A stretch of DNA of 64,000 nucleotides from Minisyncoccota bacterium. GTDB taxonomy: Bacteria > Patescibacteriota > Minisyncoccia > Phycocordibacterales > UBA9973. Positions 49,401 to 59,730 of this stretch are shown one piece after another. The DNA lies in NCBI GenBank assembly GCA_041657885.1, contig JBBABB010000002.1:25483-89482 (forward strand), in the 5' to 3' direction. Positions within the stretch are counted from its first letter, which is position 1. Each line of letters opens with the position of its first letter. Under the pieces are notes generated by a model that was not told the origin of the DNA, ran no database searches, and saw only the letters and a list, made by a program, of their open reading frames with translations. A program made the translations under genes and the position numbers.

Positions 49401-49652
49401 AATATTGGTGGTGCTGACGCTGAAAGATGCTTCAATGGAATTGATGACGATTTAGATGGATTGATAGATACAAAAGATCCTGATTGTTTTGGAGTAACAC
49501 CTGTTGTTCATTGTGTAAGAAGTGGAATTTCCACCCCATATACAGGAAGAATAAATGCTGGAAGTAAATGTTCCGATATAACAGACAGTCAATCTTGTAG
49601 TTTATATCATGAATATGAGTCTAACTTGGCATGGCAGTGTGAATGGAAATAA
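46488..49652 (+). CDS. Large secreted hypothetical protein (1054 aa)
   Basis: Signal peptide; WVNTGYGGNPFFV, GGWDGW, VVTPGS motifs; C-terminal CFNGIDDDLDGLIDTKDPDC. Confidence 0.8.
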   Translation: MRKQTITKIIGGMIIFVFVVSFFQFALPIQATTTTNLPDLYSNPNQTSAKNPYKFTLASVLKSGILQNVIGCTGVVNKVATWMSTLLQSPAQIAKTLKAKKDKIKEQLTATCLAVKAGAQIAGQIIPSIGGLAPAIDTAMAGVKIDGVEVCKAQAEVTVDKMTDAQIEANEREAANTLKDQCFDGIAIMLAKNQLTSMTRSAMNWVNTGYGGNPFFVQNVQNFANKLEQNVVETGIDILLTPKNQNPYASDFVKSVIASRGIGKSFTSSLFNLKSDLGAFITDPQSYYTEEHLSDAEKTQMALRRAQGANNAFANDFSVGGWDGWLALTQRDQNNPLGFTMLASQYLEEAQTQAVAEKKDELLQNNGFLSQKKCVLWQVYGEDHKPKYEEGGFSPSGLAKSSFTPITQKTKPSICYKSGGECCVEWEVVTPGSIIKEQTANYLASPQRQLELVKTINDGINALFSYLISELENAGLSGLSDSVDNPANFDDNTNFISSDGNTPYDNNGAYDGFNLTRDLGNTYIHTTPIKLGNWHADTNATDSDYDKDDNYDNGKLYQGEAPIDIPSGKSAVDSYYTVTIAGKTELLLDGYNGWNEGDRAFWDGSEWQNWKKDVKDESGVIQKTNPIKKRGVIQIQQDYIVAATEILKVLPSVMTKLGELDYCIPGPNPSYLTNSTDAQSAYQDWVGSLYVGPIDAARQVYTIDHPGERTYDNLANIFTDSPSVWKTIKNSMDFLLENFDSYKYITGNIFSGSNKKQKIVDKKRNLMDVNMDYANSSLFQNFYENFDKMMNKLYFNNMTSMYNEYENRSITLPTTNSTGDKNLGYIPMAESGLDLTKNIMYYAEDIAKVTQEYSDDIAIAKVNIAKLEPIKAEVSKIIKDAQDRRDKRLLEIVNKEMCNENYTKCMQDGFGLTGQQKSAIGNRGSYCNINQTTCNENEKPVTDAQVAQYKEKYKECLAEENMNFYDADTIMNIGGADAERCFNGIDDDLDGLIDTKDPDCFGVTPVVHCVRSGISTPYTGRINAGSKCSDITDSQSCSLYHEYESNLAWQCEWK

Positions 49653-49669
49653 TAAATTATTAAAAATAT

Positions 49670-52600
49670 ATGGAAAAAAACCCTAAAAAAAGTAAAGCTC
49701 TCATCATAACAATAATTTTAATTGTCTTGCTTTTAATTGCTGGGTATTTTATTTTTAAGAATAAAGATAGTATTTTCAAAATTAAAACTTCTACTAATAC
49801 TTTTACTTCACTTCCTGCATCAGAGAATAAACCGGGATTTCTCGCTAAAATATTCTCCCCACTTCTTCCATCAAGTAATTCAAAAAATCTAGATACGGGT
49901 GAGAACATCAAGACTACATACGCAGAAGCGGGAGAAAACATTAAGAAAGGGGACATCGTTTATAAAGTAGGTACAAATAAAAATAATTTGCCTATAGTGA
50001 GAAAAACTGGACTTCAGAATCAAAATAAATTCGGTACTGCCCTTGAAGATATAAATATGGGAAGCTTTGGCAATATTGCTGTTGATAGTAGTTTCTGGGG
50101 AAGTATAAAAGATTTTTTTAATAACACAACAGGTAATATTGGAAACTGGGTAGGTGGAATATTCAGAGGTAATGGTGGAACTGGCCCTAGTAGTAATACG
50201 TGCACAAATGGTGCAACTAATCCGACTTTGTGTACTACTATTGGTGGTAATTGTATAAATAATGCAACTAATCCACCCCTCTGTACGACTATGGATAACG
50301 ATACAAACATTTTCCCCACAGTCACAGTTATAGCAACCCCAGCATCAATTGCAAAAGGTGAATCATCCACTATTAGTTGGGAATCAACAAATGCAGATGC
50401 TTGTAATGCTGGCACTGGTAATGGGACGGGGAAGACGGGGTCATTCTCAACTGGAATACTTCAATCAAGTAGGTCATATACAGTGACTTGTACTGGAGTA
50501 AATGGAACAGGTAGTGGAAATATCTTAGTGGCTGTTGGTGGAGGAGGAAATGTTTGTCCTACCGGCTGGACGGGGACTTACCCTAACTGTACTGATCCCA
50601 ATTCTAATAGTTGCCCTGCCGGTTGGACAGGGACTTTTCCTAACTGTACCAATACTGGAAACTGTCCTGTCGGTTGGACCGGAACTTATCCTGTCTGTAC
50701 TGACCCCAATTCCAATGTTTGCCCTGCGGGTTGGATGGGAACCTACCCTGACTGTACTGACCCCAATTCCAATAGTTGTCCTGTCGGGTGGACGGGGACT
50801 TTTCCTAACTGTACCAATATTGGGGGCTGCCCTCTTGGCTGGACGGGGACTTACCCTGACTGTATTGCCCCTAATTTTATATTTCCCTCTGTCACTGTTT
50901 GGGCAACACCACCAATAGTTGAATACGGTGAAAAATCGGAGATTGGTTGGGAATCAAAAAATACTGAATACTGCGTGGAGGGTGCTGTGGGTAATGCATC
51001 GCCCGATGGTAGTGTAAATAATAAAAAAGGTATAAAAGGAAAACTTACGACGGGAGCATTGCTTAGTAGTAAATCATTTACAATAACTTGTTATGACAAG
51101 AATGGAGGAGGAGTGAGTGGAAGCGTTGTTGTTTTCGTCAACCTAGCTGGAGTCCCAGATCTTCGAGCCACTGACCCGACACCAACGACAGTTCTCGTTG
51201 GAGTAAACACAATGTTCTATTCAGATATAATAAACCAAGGAACTGCATCGACTGGAGAAACTACTTTCTACAACATAATGCAATGGGCAAAACCCGCTTT
51301 TACAACGACTACGACTGGTGCAACTGGTGCGACTAGTCCTGACTCAAGTGACTCTACTGGCGGTTCTTCTTCCTCTGAAACAAACACCTTTATGGATGAA
51401 TCAAAATTAATCCCTATTGATTTGCCAAAAGTCAGGATGAAAACTATTCCAGCGGGAGAATCTCAACCTTTTACAATTGTCTATAATTTTAAAGACATAG
51501 GTACATACTATATAAGAGTTTGTGCCGATAAACAAAGTCAGACAGATGCTGGAAATATTAATGAAGGAACAAATGAAAATAACAATTGCAGCAATTGGGT
51601 AGCAATAGCAGTCACAAATTCACTTCCAACACCATGTCCTCAGCTAACAGATGCTACTGGTAAATGTGTTTCTGTAGATGAATGTCTGGCACTGAATAAA
51701 ATCGTTTCAGGGGATCAATGTGTTGACGACCCATCGGTTTGTCCTCCCCCTAAAATAAAAGATACTACTGGTAAATGTATAGATGCATCTGAAGTTATAC
51801 CACCAAATATTTGTAAAGATATAGAACAAAACCCACTAACTTTCACCCCTGAAGAGAAAGCCAGATTGGCAGTATTGCTCCGTAAGTTTTATCTAATATC
51901 CTCAACCCTTAGAACAAGTGACGATATCTCCACAATATATAGCGACATTGACCAACAGAAAATTTTTATGGGACAAATTGATGGATTAACAAAGCAGTGT
52001 TATTTGCAGATAAATGATACAGATGGATACAAAAATTTCTGTTCAAGAAATCCGAGTTTGTGTAAAACCACAGATATACCTACTTCTGGTATACCTACTC
52101 CTGGCTATAAAGACAATTATTATACACAAGGACAAAACTTAACATTAAGACGCGGAAATCCTTGGTATCAAAAAACGTCGGGTGGAACATTCCCTTACAC
52201 AGGTAATAATGTTTTTGATAAAAATGGTGTTTCGATTAAAGACCCAGAAGGAAAACCAATCACTGCTGGATACATGGATTACAACTGGTTAGAAGGTAAT
52301 TATATAGATAACGGAAATGGTAATTATTCTCCATATTTAAGCCCAAGCCAAAAAGCAAGTGGGGCGTCTTCAACTGCTTCATCAGATGGTCCTGGCTGTA
52401 AGGTTGTATCTGGTTATTATTATGGAACATTAACAAGAGATGTAATTTTAACAAAAGATACCCCTGATATAGGCATACTCATACTAATGATGCCATATCA
52501 AGGAATAATAAATGCTGCAATAGAAGCACTTACTCCGACTAAGGTATGGAGTGCAGGAGAAAGTTGTGATAAATTTAATTTAGACATTAGGGATGATCAA

Positions 52601-52753
52601 AATAATCTAATAACCAATAATTGTTATTACAACAATACAAAAATATTTGGAAATTGGAATGCCCCTCCAAGTCAAACTTTACTTGAAAGTGGCTGTAAGT
52701 GGGTAGATGGAGTGGATATGATAAACACGGAAAGGATTTTGAATATTTGGTAG
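49670..52753 (+). CDS. Membrane-anchored Cys-rich surface protein with a CARDB-like module (1027 aa)
   Basis: N-terminal TM; CxNxATNPxLC; CPxGWTGTYPxC repeats; YYIRVCADK...NNCSNW. Confidence 0.82.
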   Translation: MEKNPKKSKALIITIILIVLLLIAGYFIFKNKDSIFKIKTSTNTFTSLPASENKPGFLAKIFSPLLPSSNSKNLDTGENIKTTYAEAGENIKKGDIVYKVGTNKNNLPIVRKTGLQNQNKFGTALEDINMGSFGNIAVDSSFWGSIKDFFNNTTGNIGNWVGGIFRGNGGTGPSSNTCTNGATNPTLCTTIGGNCINNATNPPLCTTMDNDTNIFPTVTVIATPASIAKGESSTISWESTNADACNAGTGNGTGKTGSFSTGILQSSRSYTVTCTGVNGTGSGNILVAVGGGGNVCPTGWTGTYPNCTDPNSNSCPAGWTGTFPNCTNTGNCPVGWTGTYPVCTDPNSNVCPAGWMGTYPDCTDPNSNSCPVGWTGTFPNCTNIGGCPLGWTGTYPDCIAPNFIFPSVTVWATPPIVEYGEKSEIGWESKNTEYCVEGAVGNASPDGSVNNKKGIKGKLTTGALLSSKSFTITCYDKNGGGVSGSVVVFVNLAGVPDLRATDPTPTTVLVGVNTMFYSDIINQGTASTGETTFYNIMQWAKPAFTTTTTGATGATSPDSSDSTGGSSSSETNTFMDESKLIPIDLPKVRMKTIPAGESQPFTIVYNFKDIGTYYIRVCADKQSQTDAGNINEGTNENNNCSNWVAIAVTNSLPTPCPQLTDATGKCVSVDECLALNKIVSGDQCVDDPSVCPPPKIKDTTGKCIDASEVIPPNICKDIEQNPLTFTPEEKARLAVLLRKFYLISSTLRTSDDISTIYSDIDQQKIFMGQIDGLTKQCYLQINDTDGYKNFCSRNPSLCKTTDIPTSGIPTPGYKDNYYTQGQNLTLRRGNPWYQKTSGGTFPYTGNNVFDKNGVSIKDPEGKPITAGYMDYNWLEGNYIDNGNGNYSPYLSPSQKASGASSTASSDGPGCKVVSGYYYGTLTRDVILTKDTPDIGILILMMPYQGIINAAIEALTPTKVWSAGESCDKFNLDIRDDQNNLITNNCYYNNTKIFGNWNAPPSQTLLESGCKWVDGVDMINTERILNIW
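50555..50863 (+). repeat. Six CPxGW(T/M)GT(Y/F)PxC peptide repeats
   Basis: Seen directly; 51-57 bp units. Confidence 0.9.
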
Positions 52754-52863
52754 GAGGGGGAATAATTAAGAATTAATAATTAAGAATTTAAAGAGGAAAA
52801 GTAGTAAGGGGGATTAAGTAGTAGGTAGCATGTAGCAAGTAGTGAGAGAAATAATAAATACAA

Positions 52864-55476
52864 ATGATTAAGAAATTTGTGCCATACATTCTAATAGCTG
52901 TAATACTTGTGCAATTATTTGCGCCGTTTACAGTTGGTATTGGAACAAAAAATAATTTAGTTATAGAGACCAATAAAGCCGAGGCAGATGAAGATATATG
53001 GGATGGAAGCATTGATGGTTACAAAAATGCCTTTCCTAAGAGTTCAGTATCTCAAAATAGTTCATTATATGTAAATGAAACTGAAACTGATTCAGATTTT
53101 ACTGTAATAGTTGATACTGGAATTGCAGATGGTGAATCATCTGTAAATAGGTGGTATCATGTTAAACCTGAAAAAACTAAATTTGCATCTAGTGTTCAAA
53201 GCCTTCTTACTTTCGGAATAGGAGGAGACTATGTTGAATTTGAAGTAAATGGTACCTTTATTTTAGAAGTAGTTGAAGATGGGACAGGTAAAACTGGGTT
53301 CGTTGATATAACAACTACTATTTTAAACGGATATCAATATAGTAGAAAGGCAGGAATGAAGAATAAAATCACAAGAACAGTAGTGATCGATAAAAAATTA
53401 ACACCATCTGGAACGGACGGTGTATCTAGTTTAAAACCTGGCACAAAATATAATGTCTCTTTGTACTATTTATCTTCTATAGAATATGAAAACCCAGATG
53501 TTGTACAAGGAACAGGGGAAACTCTCCCAGGACTTGAGGATAATGGAACAAATTATATACAAATAGCAAGTACTTCAATAACGACAGCAACAAAAGAAGA
53601 ACAAGTATTAATAACTGGGAAAGCTATCGAGAATAGTGTTGTTAATGGTGAAGTTGAAATGCCAGAATGTAGAATAGATTTTTATAATACTATTGGTGGC
53701 TGTCTCGGGCAATTATTATACAAATTGGTCTTCCGGCCATCTTCTGCTTTATTCGCTATTACGGGGAAACTACTAGATGTCTCTATTAGTTATTCAATAA
53801 AAGATACCTCCTATAGGTCTGCATTTGTGGTTGAGGGGTGGAAACTGGTGAAAGATTTCTGTAATATGTTCTTTATTTTCATATTGCTATATATAGCATT
53901 CTCAACTATTTTGAATATTAACAGCGCCAACACAAAACAAATGATTATAAATGTTGTCATCATCGGGCTCCTGATAAATTTCAGCTTGTTTGCCACCCAA
54001 GTTATTATTGATGCTTCAAACGTGCTGACACGAGTATTTTATAATGAAAGTGCCCTTGTTGTGGGAGAGAAGGGCCTTAATGATAAAGTAGTAACCAGCC
54101 AAACTGGAAAATTTGGAGAGATAAGATTATCGGAAGCTATTGTTACAAAAATAGGACCAGTAAAACTTATAACCGATGCAGCAAAAGTTGGAACATCTAC
54201 TAATGCCAATGGGGATGAAATAGTAAACGACGGAGTTACTGCGGGAACATTTATTCTCGTCGTCCTGCTCGCGAGTGCAGTAAATATAGTAGGACTAATA
54301 GTATTCTTGTCTGTTAGTTTAATATTTATAGCGAGAGTTATCGGCTTGTGGTTGGCAATGGTATTTGCACCATTTGCATTCTTTAGTTATATGATACCCG
54401 CAATGCAAAACTGGGAAATGGTAGGATGGAAAAAATGGTGGCCAGATACAATAAAGATGGCATTCTTGGCACCAGTATTTTTGTTCTTTATGTATCTGAT
54501 TATTAAATTCTTAGGCATTATGTCTATTGCTGTTTTTGATGCAGATAATAAATCGGGAATGGATTTCGTAGTAGCGATAATGATTCCGTTTGGACTTGTG
54601 ATGGTTCTGATGTGGAAAGCAAAAGGAATTGCCAAAGATATGTCTGGTAAAATTGGTGACTATGCAACAAAAGTTGGAAAGACAATAGGAGGGGTTGCTC
54701 TAGGTGGAGCTGTAGGAGGCCTCGCGTTAGCTGGAAGACAAACTCTGGGACGTGCAGCAGCAAACTTGTCTCAAAGTAACAAATTTAGAGATTGGGCATC
54801 ACAAAGTAAGTTTGGTAAAAGCGTAGCAAAAATGACAGGTGGTATTGCTTCTGGAAGTTTTGATGCAAGAGGAGTAAAAATTGCAGGTAAAGATTTAGGT
54901 TCAGCAACAGGGCTCAAGGTAGGAAAAAATGTAAAGACTGGAGGATTTGCTAAAGGAAGAGAAGAAAAAGTTAAGAAAGAAGAAGAGTTTGCAAATAAAA
55001 TGCTTGATACAGGTGATTATGGAATGGCTGAATTACAAGGTGGAAAAATGTCAGCAAAAAGAGCAGATAGTGTCGTAGAACAAATGAATAAGGGCAGAGC
55101 AAATGAAAATAAAATGACAGCTTTTGAAATGGGAACAATGCGAGCAAGATTAGTTGGTGGTAATGGGTTAGAATATAAAATGGCAAGAGAGGTGGCTGAT
55201 CAAATGAATTTTGCTAGAAGAAATTCAACAGCAGATTATTTATCAAGAAGTAAATTTATGACAAATAAAATAAAAGCTACTAAGATTAGAAAAAGTGTAG
55301 ATCAAATGAAAACAAGTAGAGATCTAGCAGCTACAGTAGCAGCCCTTGCAGCAGCTCAAAAAGCTGCCGATGGGGGAGGAGGTAAACCAGCGACACACAC
55401 AACACCAACACCCCACACAACACCAACAACGCTGACTACTCCTAGTGCTCCAACAGGTGGAGGTGGACATCACTAA
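52864..55476 (+). CDS. VirB6/TrbL-like polytopic membrane protein
   Basis: GWKLVKDFCNMFFIF...LINFSLF...ID, several TM helices, Gly/Ala-rich tail; lies in the VirB4/PrgI operon. Confidence 0.72.
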   Translation: MIKKFVPYILIAVILVQLFAPFTVGIGTKNNLVIETNKAEADEDIWDGSIDGYKNAFPKSSVSQNSSLYVNETETDSDFTVIVDTGIADGESSVNRWYHVKPEKTKFASSVQSLLTFGIGGDYVEFEVNGTFILEVVEDGTGKTGFVDITTTILNGYQYSRKAGMKNKITRTVVIDKKLTPSGTDGVSSLKPGTKYNVSLYYLSSIEYENPDVVQGTGETLPGLEDNGTNYIQIASTSITTATKEEQVLITGKAIENSVVNGEVEMPECRIDFYNTIGGCLGQLLYKLVFRPSSALFAITGKLLDVSISYSIKDTSYRSAFVVEGWKLVKDFCNMFFIFILLYIAFSTILNINSANTKQMIINVVIIGLLINFSLFATQVIIDASNVLTRVFYNESALVVGEKGLNDKVVTSQTGKFGEIRLSEAIVTKIGPVKLITDAAKVGTSTNANGDEIVNDGVTAGTFILVVLLASAVNIVGLIVFLSVSLIFIARVIGLWLAMVFAPFAFFSYMIPAMQNWEMVGWKKWWPDTIKMAFLAPVFLFFMYLIIKFLGIMSIAVFDADNKSGMDFVVAIMIPFGLVMVLMWKAKGIAKDMSGKIGDYATKVGKTIGGVALGGAVGGLALAGRQTLGRAAANLSQSNKFRDWASQSKFGKSVAKMTGGIASGSFDARGVKIAGKDLGSATGLKVGKNVKTGGFAKGREEKVKKEEEFANKMLDTGDYGMAELQGGKMSAKRADSVVEQMNKGRANENKMTAFEMGTMRARLVGGNGLEYKMAREVADQMNFARRNSTADYLSRSKFMTNKIKATKIRKSVDQMKTSRDLAATVAALAAAQKAADGGGGKPATHTTPTPHTTPTTLTTPSAPTGGGGHH

Positions 55477-55507
55477 TTAAACATTGTTTAAACAAAATTA
55501 TAATCAT

Positions 55508-56449
55508 ATGGAAACAGAAATAGAAGAAATAATAAAACAACAATTGGAATATTTACCAAAAGAGATTGTGGATCTTTTTACTAATCCAAAATTAAGTGAT
55601 AAAATATTTGAAATAGGAAAAGAAAATAAAATTAATATTGAACAGTTAGATATTTTTCAAACTGAAACCTTCTTATTGATATTAGGGTTAACTAATTCTG
55701 ATGAGTATGAAGAGGAGTTGAGAAATAAGTTAAATATAAATAAAGAAACTATAGATAATATAAAAAAGGGGATATATTCATTTATCTCAAATGAAACACT
55801 GGAAAAAATTAAAGAAATATATAAACAAACAACAAACGAGATCTTTGAGGGAGGGGACCCAGACATAGACAAACCACTTATTTTAGATCCTCGTTTCGAA
55901 AATGCCCCACAAGAAACTCAGAAAGCTATTGCTAAATCAGGATGGAAAGAGAGGTTGTATTCAATCGCACCAATATATAAACTCAATGTTGAACAAATGG
56001 GAATTTTGGAAGAAACTACCATAAAAGTAATACTTGGTGAAATACACCCAGACAAATATGAAGATGAATTAGCTTCCAAAATAACAATACCAAAAGAAGA
56101 TGTCGCAAATCTTGTAATTGATATCAATGAAAAAATTTTTAAAGTAATACGCGGGGTAGAAAAGAAATATTGGGATAAAGAAAAAACAATTACAAATGAA
56201 GATGAAATTCCTCTTCCTCCATATGCAAAAATAATTAATAATGAAGATGAAATTCCTCTTCCTCCTCCTAGTATCAAACTTGATACAAAAATAATAGAAA
56301 AAACTGAACTAATTCAACCAATTATTGGAATAACAAATACTCCTCAAAATATAATAGAGGAAAAATTAAAGGGTGTAACAGTAAGTGACCATACGGTATC
56401 AGACCATTCATTACCTAAAATGAATGACCCTTATCGGGAAACGATTTAA
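55508..56449 (+). CDS. Hypothetical cytoplasmic protein with two helical repeats and a DPYRE terminus
   Basis: Two 'L..I......NxEQ......ET....LG' repeats; start placed at METEI. Confidence 0.7.
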   Translation: METEIEEIIKQQLEYLPKEIVDLFTNPKLSDKIFEIGKENKINIEQLDIFQTETFLLILGLTNSDEYEEELRNKLNINKETIDNIKKGIYSFISNETLEKIKEIYKQTTNEIFEGGDPDIDKPLILDPRFENAPQETQKAIAKSGWKERLYSIAPIYKLNVEQMGILEETTIKVILGEIHPDKYEDELASKITIPKEDVANLVIDINEKIFKVIRGVEKKYWDKEKTITNEDEIPLPPYAKIINNEDEIPLPPPSIKLDTKIIEKTELIQPIIGITNTPQNIIEEKLKGVTVSDHTVSDHSLPKMNDPYRETI

Positions 56450-56537
56450 TTCCTCCCCTCCTTACCAAGGAGGGGAATGAGGGGAGGTTCTTAATTAATT
56501 AGGAACCCCTCCCCAGCCCTCCCCAAAGGGAAGGGAA
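56450..56537. repeat. CCCCTC-family palindrome, inverted intergenic sister of the rsmA insert
   Basis: Reverse complement nearly identical to 44869-44949. Confidence 0.88.
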
Positions 56538-56565
56538 TCCTATTTATTAATGTTATAATATAAAA

Positions 56566-56976
56566 ATGCAATTCAAAGTCCCACAATTTATTGATATCGA
56601 GGACAAATTATTTGGCCCTTTTACTTTCTTTCAGTTTGTATACCTTGTGGGAGGAGCTGGAATAGTGTTTGTCATATATAAAATTTTCCCTTTGTGGATT
56701 GGTATTTTTCTTATTATTCCAGTTGCTATATTATCTGTCCTGCTTGTCTTTTATAGAATAAACGGAAAACCTTTTATTTATTACCTTCAGGCTGGAGCTA
56801 GTTATCTCGTTTCAAGTAAATTGTATATATGGAAGCAGAGATTAATAAATCCAAATAGCAAGAAAAAAGAGGAGGAAGCACAAGCTCCACAAATGGTTTC
56901 GGTCATTCCGATGACATCAAATGACAAATTGAGAGACATATCTTGGAGTTTGGATGTGGAAGGGAAGGAGAAGTAA
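56566..56976 (+). CDS. PrgI family protein (VirB3-like)
   Basis: MQFKVPQFIDIEDKLFGPFTFFQF, two TM helices. Confidence 0.85.
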   Translation: MQFKVPQFIDIEDKLFGPFTFFQFVYLVGGAGIVFVIYKIFPLWIGIFLIIPVAILSVLLVFYRINGKPFIYYLQAGASYLVSSKLYIWKQRLINPNSKKKEEEAQAPQMVSVIPMTSNDKLRDISWSLDVEGKEK

Positions 56977-57078
56977 TAATGTGTGAATTCCCCTCTTGAG
57001 GGGTGCCTGAAAGGCGGGGTGGATGAATTTGAGGGGAATTAAAATTCTTTCAGTAACAAATTATGTTATAATTATAAT

Positions 57079-57732
57079 ATGGCCATTAGTGCAAAAAGCT
57101 CTCAAGAGTTTGTATCAATTAAAGAAGTTAGAAACGGTATCATCGTCCTAAAAGACGGGGGACTTCGGTCTGTGCTAGTGGCATCTTCTTTGAACCTTTC
57201 TTTAAAATCCTCCGAGGAGCAGGCTGCAATAATAAATGGATTTCAAGGTTTTATAAATGGGTTAGATTTTTCTACTCAAATAGTTGTGCAATCCCGTCGG
57301 CTAGACATTAGACCATACCTTCTTCTTTTAGAAAACAGAATTAAAGAGCAAGTAGAACCACTTTTAAAGATACAAACGAAAGAATATATTAATTTTATAA
57401 AATCTTTCACAGATGAAGTGAACATTATGACAAAAACTTTCTTTATTGTGGTTCCTTATACTCCTACAATAATAAAATCTAGTGGTAAGATGATGGATAG
57501 TTTACTTGGTGGAGGTGCACCAAAGAAACAGGTTGAAGATACAAAGAGAGCGATTGACATGGCCTCTTTTGAGGAAAAGCGCACCCAGCTTGACCAACGG
57601 GTAAGAGTTATAAGCGAAGGACTTGGAGGAATGGGAATTAGAACATCTGAACTTAAAACAGACCAGGTTATTGAACTTTTTTATAAAACATTCAATCCAG
57701 GAGATATTAGTCAGGGAATTAAATTACAATAA
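57079..57732 (+). CDS. T4SS-associated protein (TraC/VirB4 N-terminal-like)
   Basis: LNLSLKSSEEQ...FINGLDFSTQIVVQSR; directly upstream of VirB4. Confidence 0.7.
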   Translation: MAISAKSSQEFVSIKEVRNGIIVLKDGGLRSVLVASSLNLSLKSSEEQAAIINGFQGFINGLDFSTQIVVQSRRLDIRPYLLLLENRIKEQVEPLLKIQTKEYINFIKSFTDEVNIMTKTFFIVVPYTPTIIKSSGKMMDSLLGGGAPKKQVEDTKRAIDMASFEEKRTQLDQRVRVISEGLGGMGIRTSELKTDQVIELFYKTFNPGDISQGIKLQ

Positions 57733-57734
57733 GT

Positions 57735-59570
57735 ATGTCAATATTTTCAAATTTATTAGGAAAAAAGAATAACATCTCTAAAAACAAGAGCATGGTTATG
57801 CCTGTTTTACCAAGTGAAATATATAAAGCGGCAGCACTTGAACTTCAGGATATTATCGCTCCATCAGCTCTTCAGATAACTCCAAGGTCACTAAACCTCG
57901 GAGACAAAATAGCAAGAACATTCTTTGTAATATCATATCCACGGTATCTTAGTGATAATTGGTTCTCTCCAATTATAAATTTGGATAAGGTTTTTGATGT
58001 ATCTATTTTTATCCACCCTATTGACACAGCAGAAATATTGAGAACATTTCAGAAGAAAGTAGCCGAGGTTCAGAGTCAAATCTCTGTTCGTGAATCAAGG
58101 GGGCTAGTGCGAGACCCAATGCTTGATACTGCATACCAAGACCTTGAAAATTTACGAGATAATCTTATGCAAGCTCAAGAGAAAATGTTTAATGTTGGTC
58201 TTTATATCACAGTTTATGCTGAGAATGATAACGATTTATTTAAAATTGAAAATGAAATTAAATCTCTTCTTGAATCAAAACTCATCTATCTAAAGCCAGC
58301 ACTATTTCAGCAGGCTGAAGGATTTAAAAGTGTTATTCCTTTAGGAACAGACGTGCTAGGTATTCACCAAAAACTCAACACTGAACCACTTTCAAGTATT
58401 TTCCCATTCGTCTCTTTTGACTTAACTGATGATAAAGGAATATTGTATGGGGTCAATCGCCACAATTCTAGCTTGATTCTTTTTGATAGATTTTCCCTCC
58501 CAAACTACAACTCCATAATTTTTGCAACTGCTGGAGCTGGTAAATCTTATGCCGCTAAATTAGAAATTATTCGTACTTTAATGTTTGACACAGAAGTTAT
58601 CGTCATAGACCCAGAGCGTGAATACGAATATCTAGCTGAAGCAGTAGGAGGTAGATATTTTAACATCGCTCTTTCTTCCGACCACCATATAAATCCTTTT
58701 GAATTACCTATTCCCACAGGAGATGAAACAGGGGCAGATGTTCTCCGCTCAAATACTATAAATCTTGTAGGGTTGTTCCGCATAATGCTTGGAGGATTAA
58801 CACCAGAAGAAGATTCTATTATAGATAGTGCTATCACAGAGACATATGCCTTAAAAGATATTACCGCGGAGTCAGACTTTAGAAATATTGAGGTTCCATT
58901 ATTAACGGACTTTGAGATGGTTCTCTCTGGAATGGAGGGAAGCGATTCGCTTGTCCAGCGCTTGACCAAATATACTCACGGGTCTTGGGCATCATTTTTA
59001 AACCAACCATCAAACGTTGATATCAACCGAAAATTTATAGTTTTCTCTGTCAGAGATATGGAGGATGAACTAAAACCTGTAGCAATGTATATTGTTACTC
59101 ATTATATTTGGAATTCTATTCGTAAAAATATTAGAAAAAGATTACTTGTAGTAGATGAGGCCTGGTGGATGATGAAATCAGAAGATACTGCATCGTTCCT
59201 CTATTCTATTGCTAAAAGAGGACGAAAATACTGGCTAGGACTTGCAACTATTACTCAAGACGTAGGGGATTTTATGAAAAGCGCTTATGGCATACCTATT
59301 ATTACTAACTCTTCTATTCAATTACTTCTAAAACAGTCCCCAGCAACAATAGATGTCTTACAAAAAACATTCAGTCTTACAGAGGAAGAGAAATATTTGC
59401 TGTTAGAGGCAAATGTTGGAGAAGGTATCTTTTTTGTTGGCCTAAAACACGTTGCAGTTAAAACAATCGCTTCTTATACCGAAGACCAAATTATCACATC
59501 TGACCCTTCACAAATTTTGGCTATCAAAAAAGCAAAAGGGGAATTATTGGCGGCGGGGAGTAGTAATTAG
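57735..59570 (+). CDS. VirB4/TraC-like ATPase
   Basis: Walker A ATAGAGKS, VIDPEREY, INPF, Walker B LLVVDEAW, RKY..GL..ITQ. Confidence 0.92.
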   Translation: MSIFSNLLGKKNNISKNKSMVMPVLPSEIYKAAALELQDIIAPSALQITPRSLNLGDKIARTFFVISYPRYLSDNWFSPIINLDKVFDVSIFIHPIDTAEILRTFQKKVAEVQSQISVRESRGLVRDPMLDTAYQDLENLRDNLMQAQEKMFNVGLYITVYAENDNDLFKIENEIKSLLESKLIYLKPALFQQAEGFKSVIPLGTDVLGIHQKLNTEPLSSIFPFVSFDLTDDKGILYGVNRHNSSLILFDRFSLPNYNSIIFATAGAGKSYAAKLEIIRTLMFDTEVIVIDPEREYEYLAEAVGGRYFNIALSSDHHINPFELPIPTGDETGADVLRSNTINLVGLFRIMLGGLTPEEDSIIDSAITETYALKDITAESDFRNIEVPLLTDFEMVLSGMEGSDSLVQRLTKYTHGSWASFLNQPSNVDINRKFIVFSVRDMEDELKPVAMYIVTHYIWNSIRKNIRKRLLVVDEAWWMMKSEDTASFLYSIAKRGRKYWLGLATITQDVGDFMKSAYGIPIITNSSIQLLLKQSPATIDVLQKTFSLTEEEKYLLLEANVGEGIFFVGLKHVAVKTIASYTEDQIITSDPSQILAIKKAKGELLAAGSSN

Positions 59571-59573
59571 ATA

Positions 59574-59665
59574 CACCCCCTCTGCTTTTAGCATCTCCCC
59601 CTTCGCAGGGGGCGAGGAATTCTTCCTCCCTTGCGAAGGGGAGGTGTCCAAAGGACGGAGGGGTG
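59574..59665. repeat. CCCCTC-family composite palindrome
   Basis: CACCCCCTC...TCCAAAGGACGGAGGGGTG; right half matches 1292-1335. Confidence 0.75.
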
Positions 59666-59730
59666 AATCAAATTATAGGTTGTTAGAGAAGCAGGATTAT
59701 TATATAATATATAAAGTGAAATTTACAAAA

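Noticed and set aside
56195-56265. Duplicated NEDEIPLPP segment
   Set aside because: Ordinary short duplication in a disordered linker
59452-59730. N-terminal extension of the 419-aa ORF
   Set aside because: Overlaps VirB4 and reads through a palindromic repeat; the signal peptide begins at 59731
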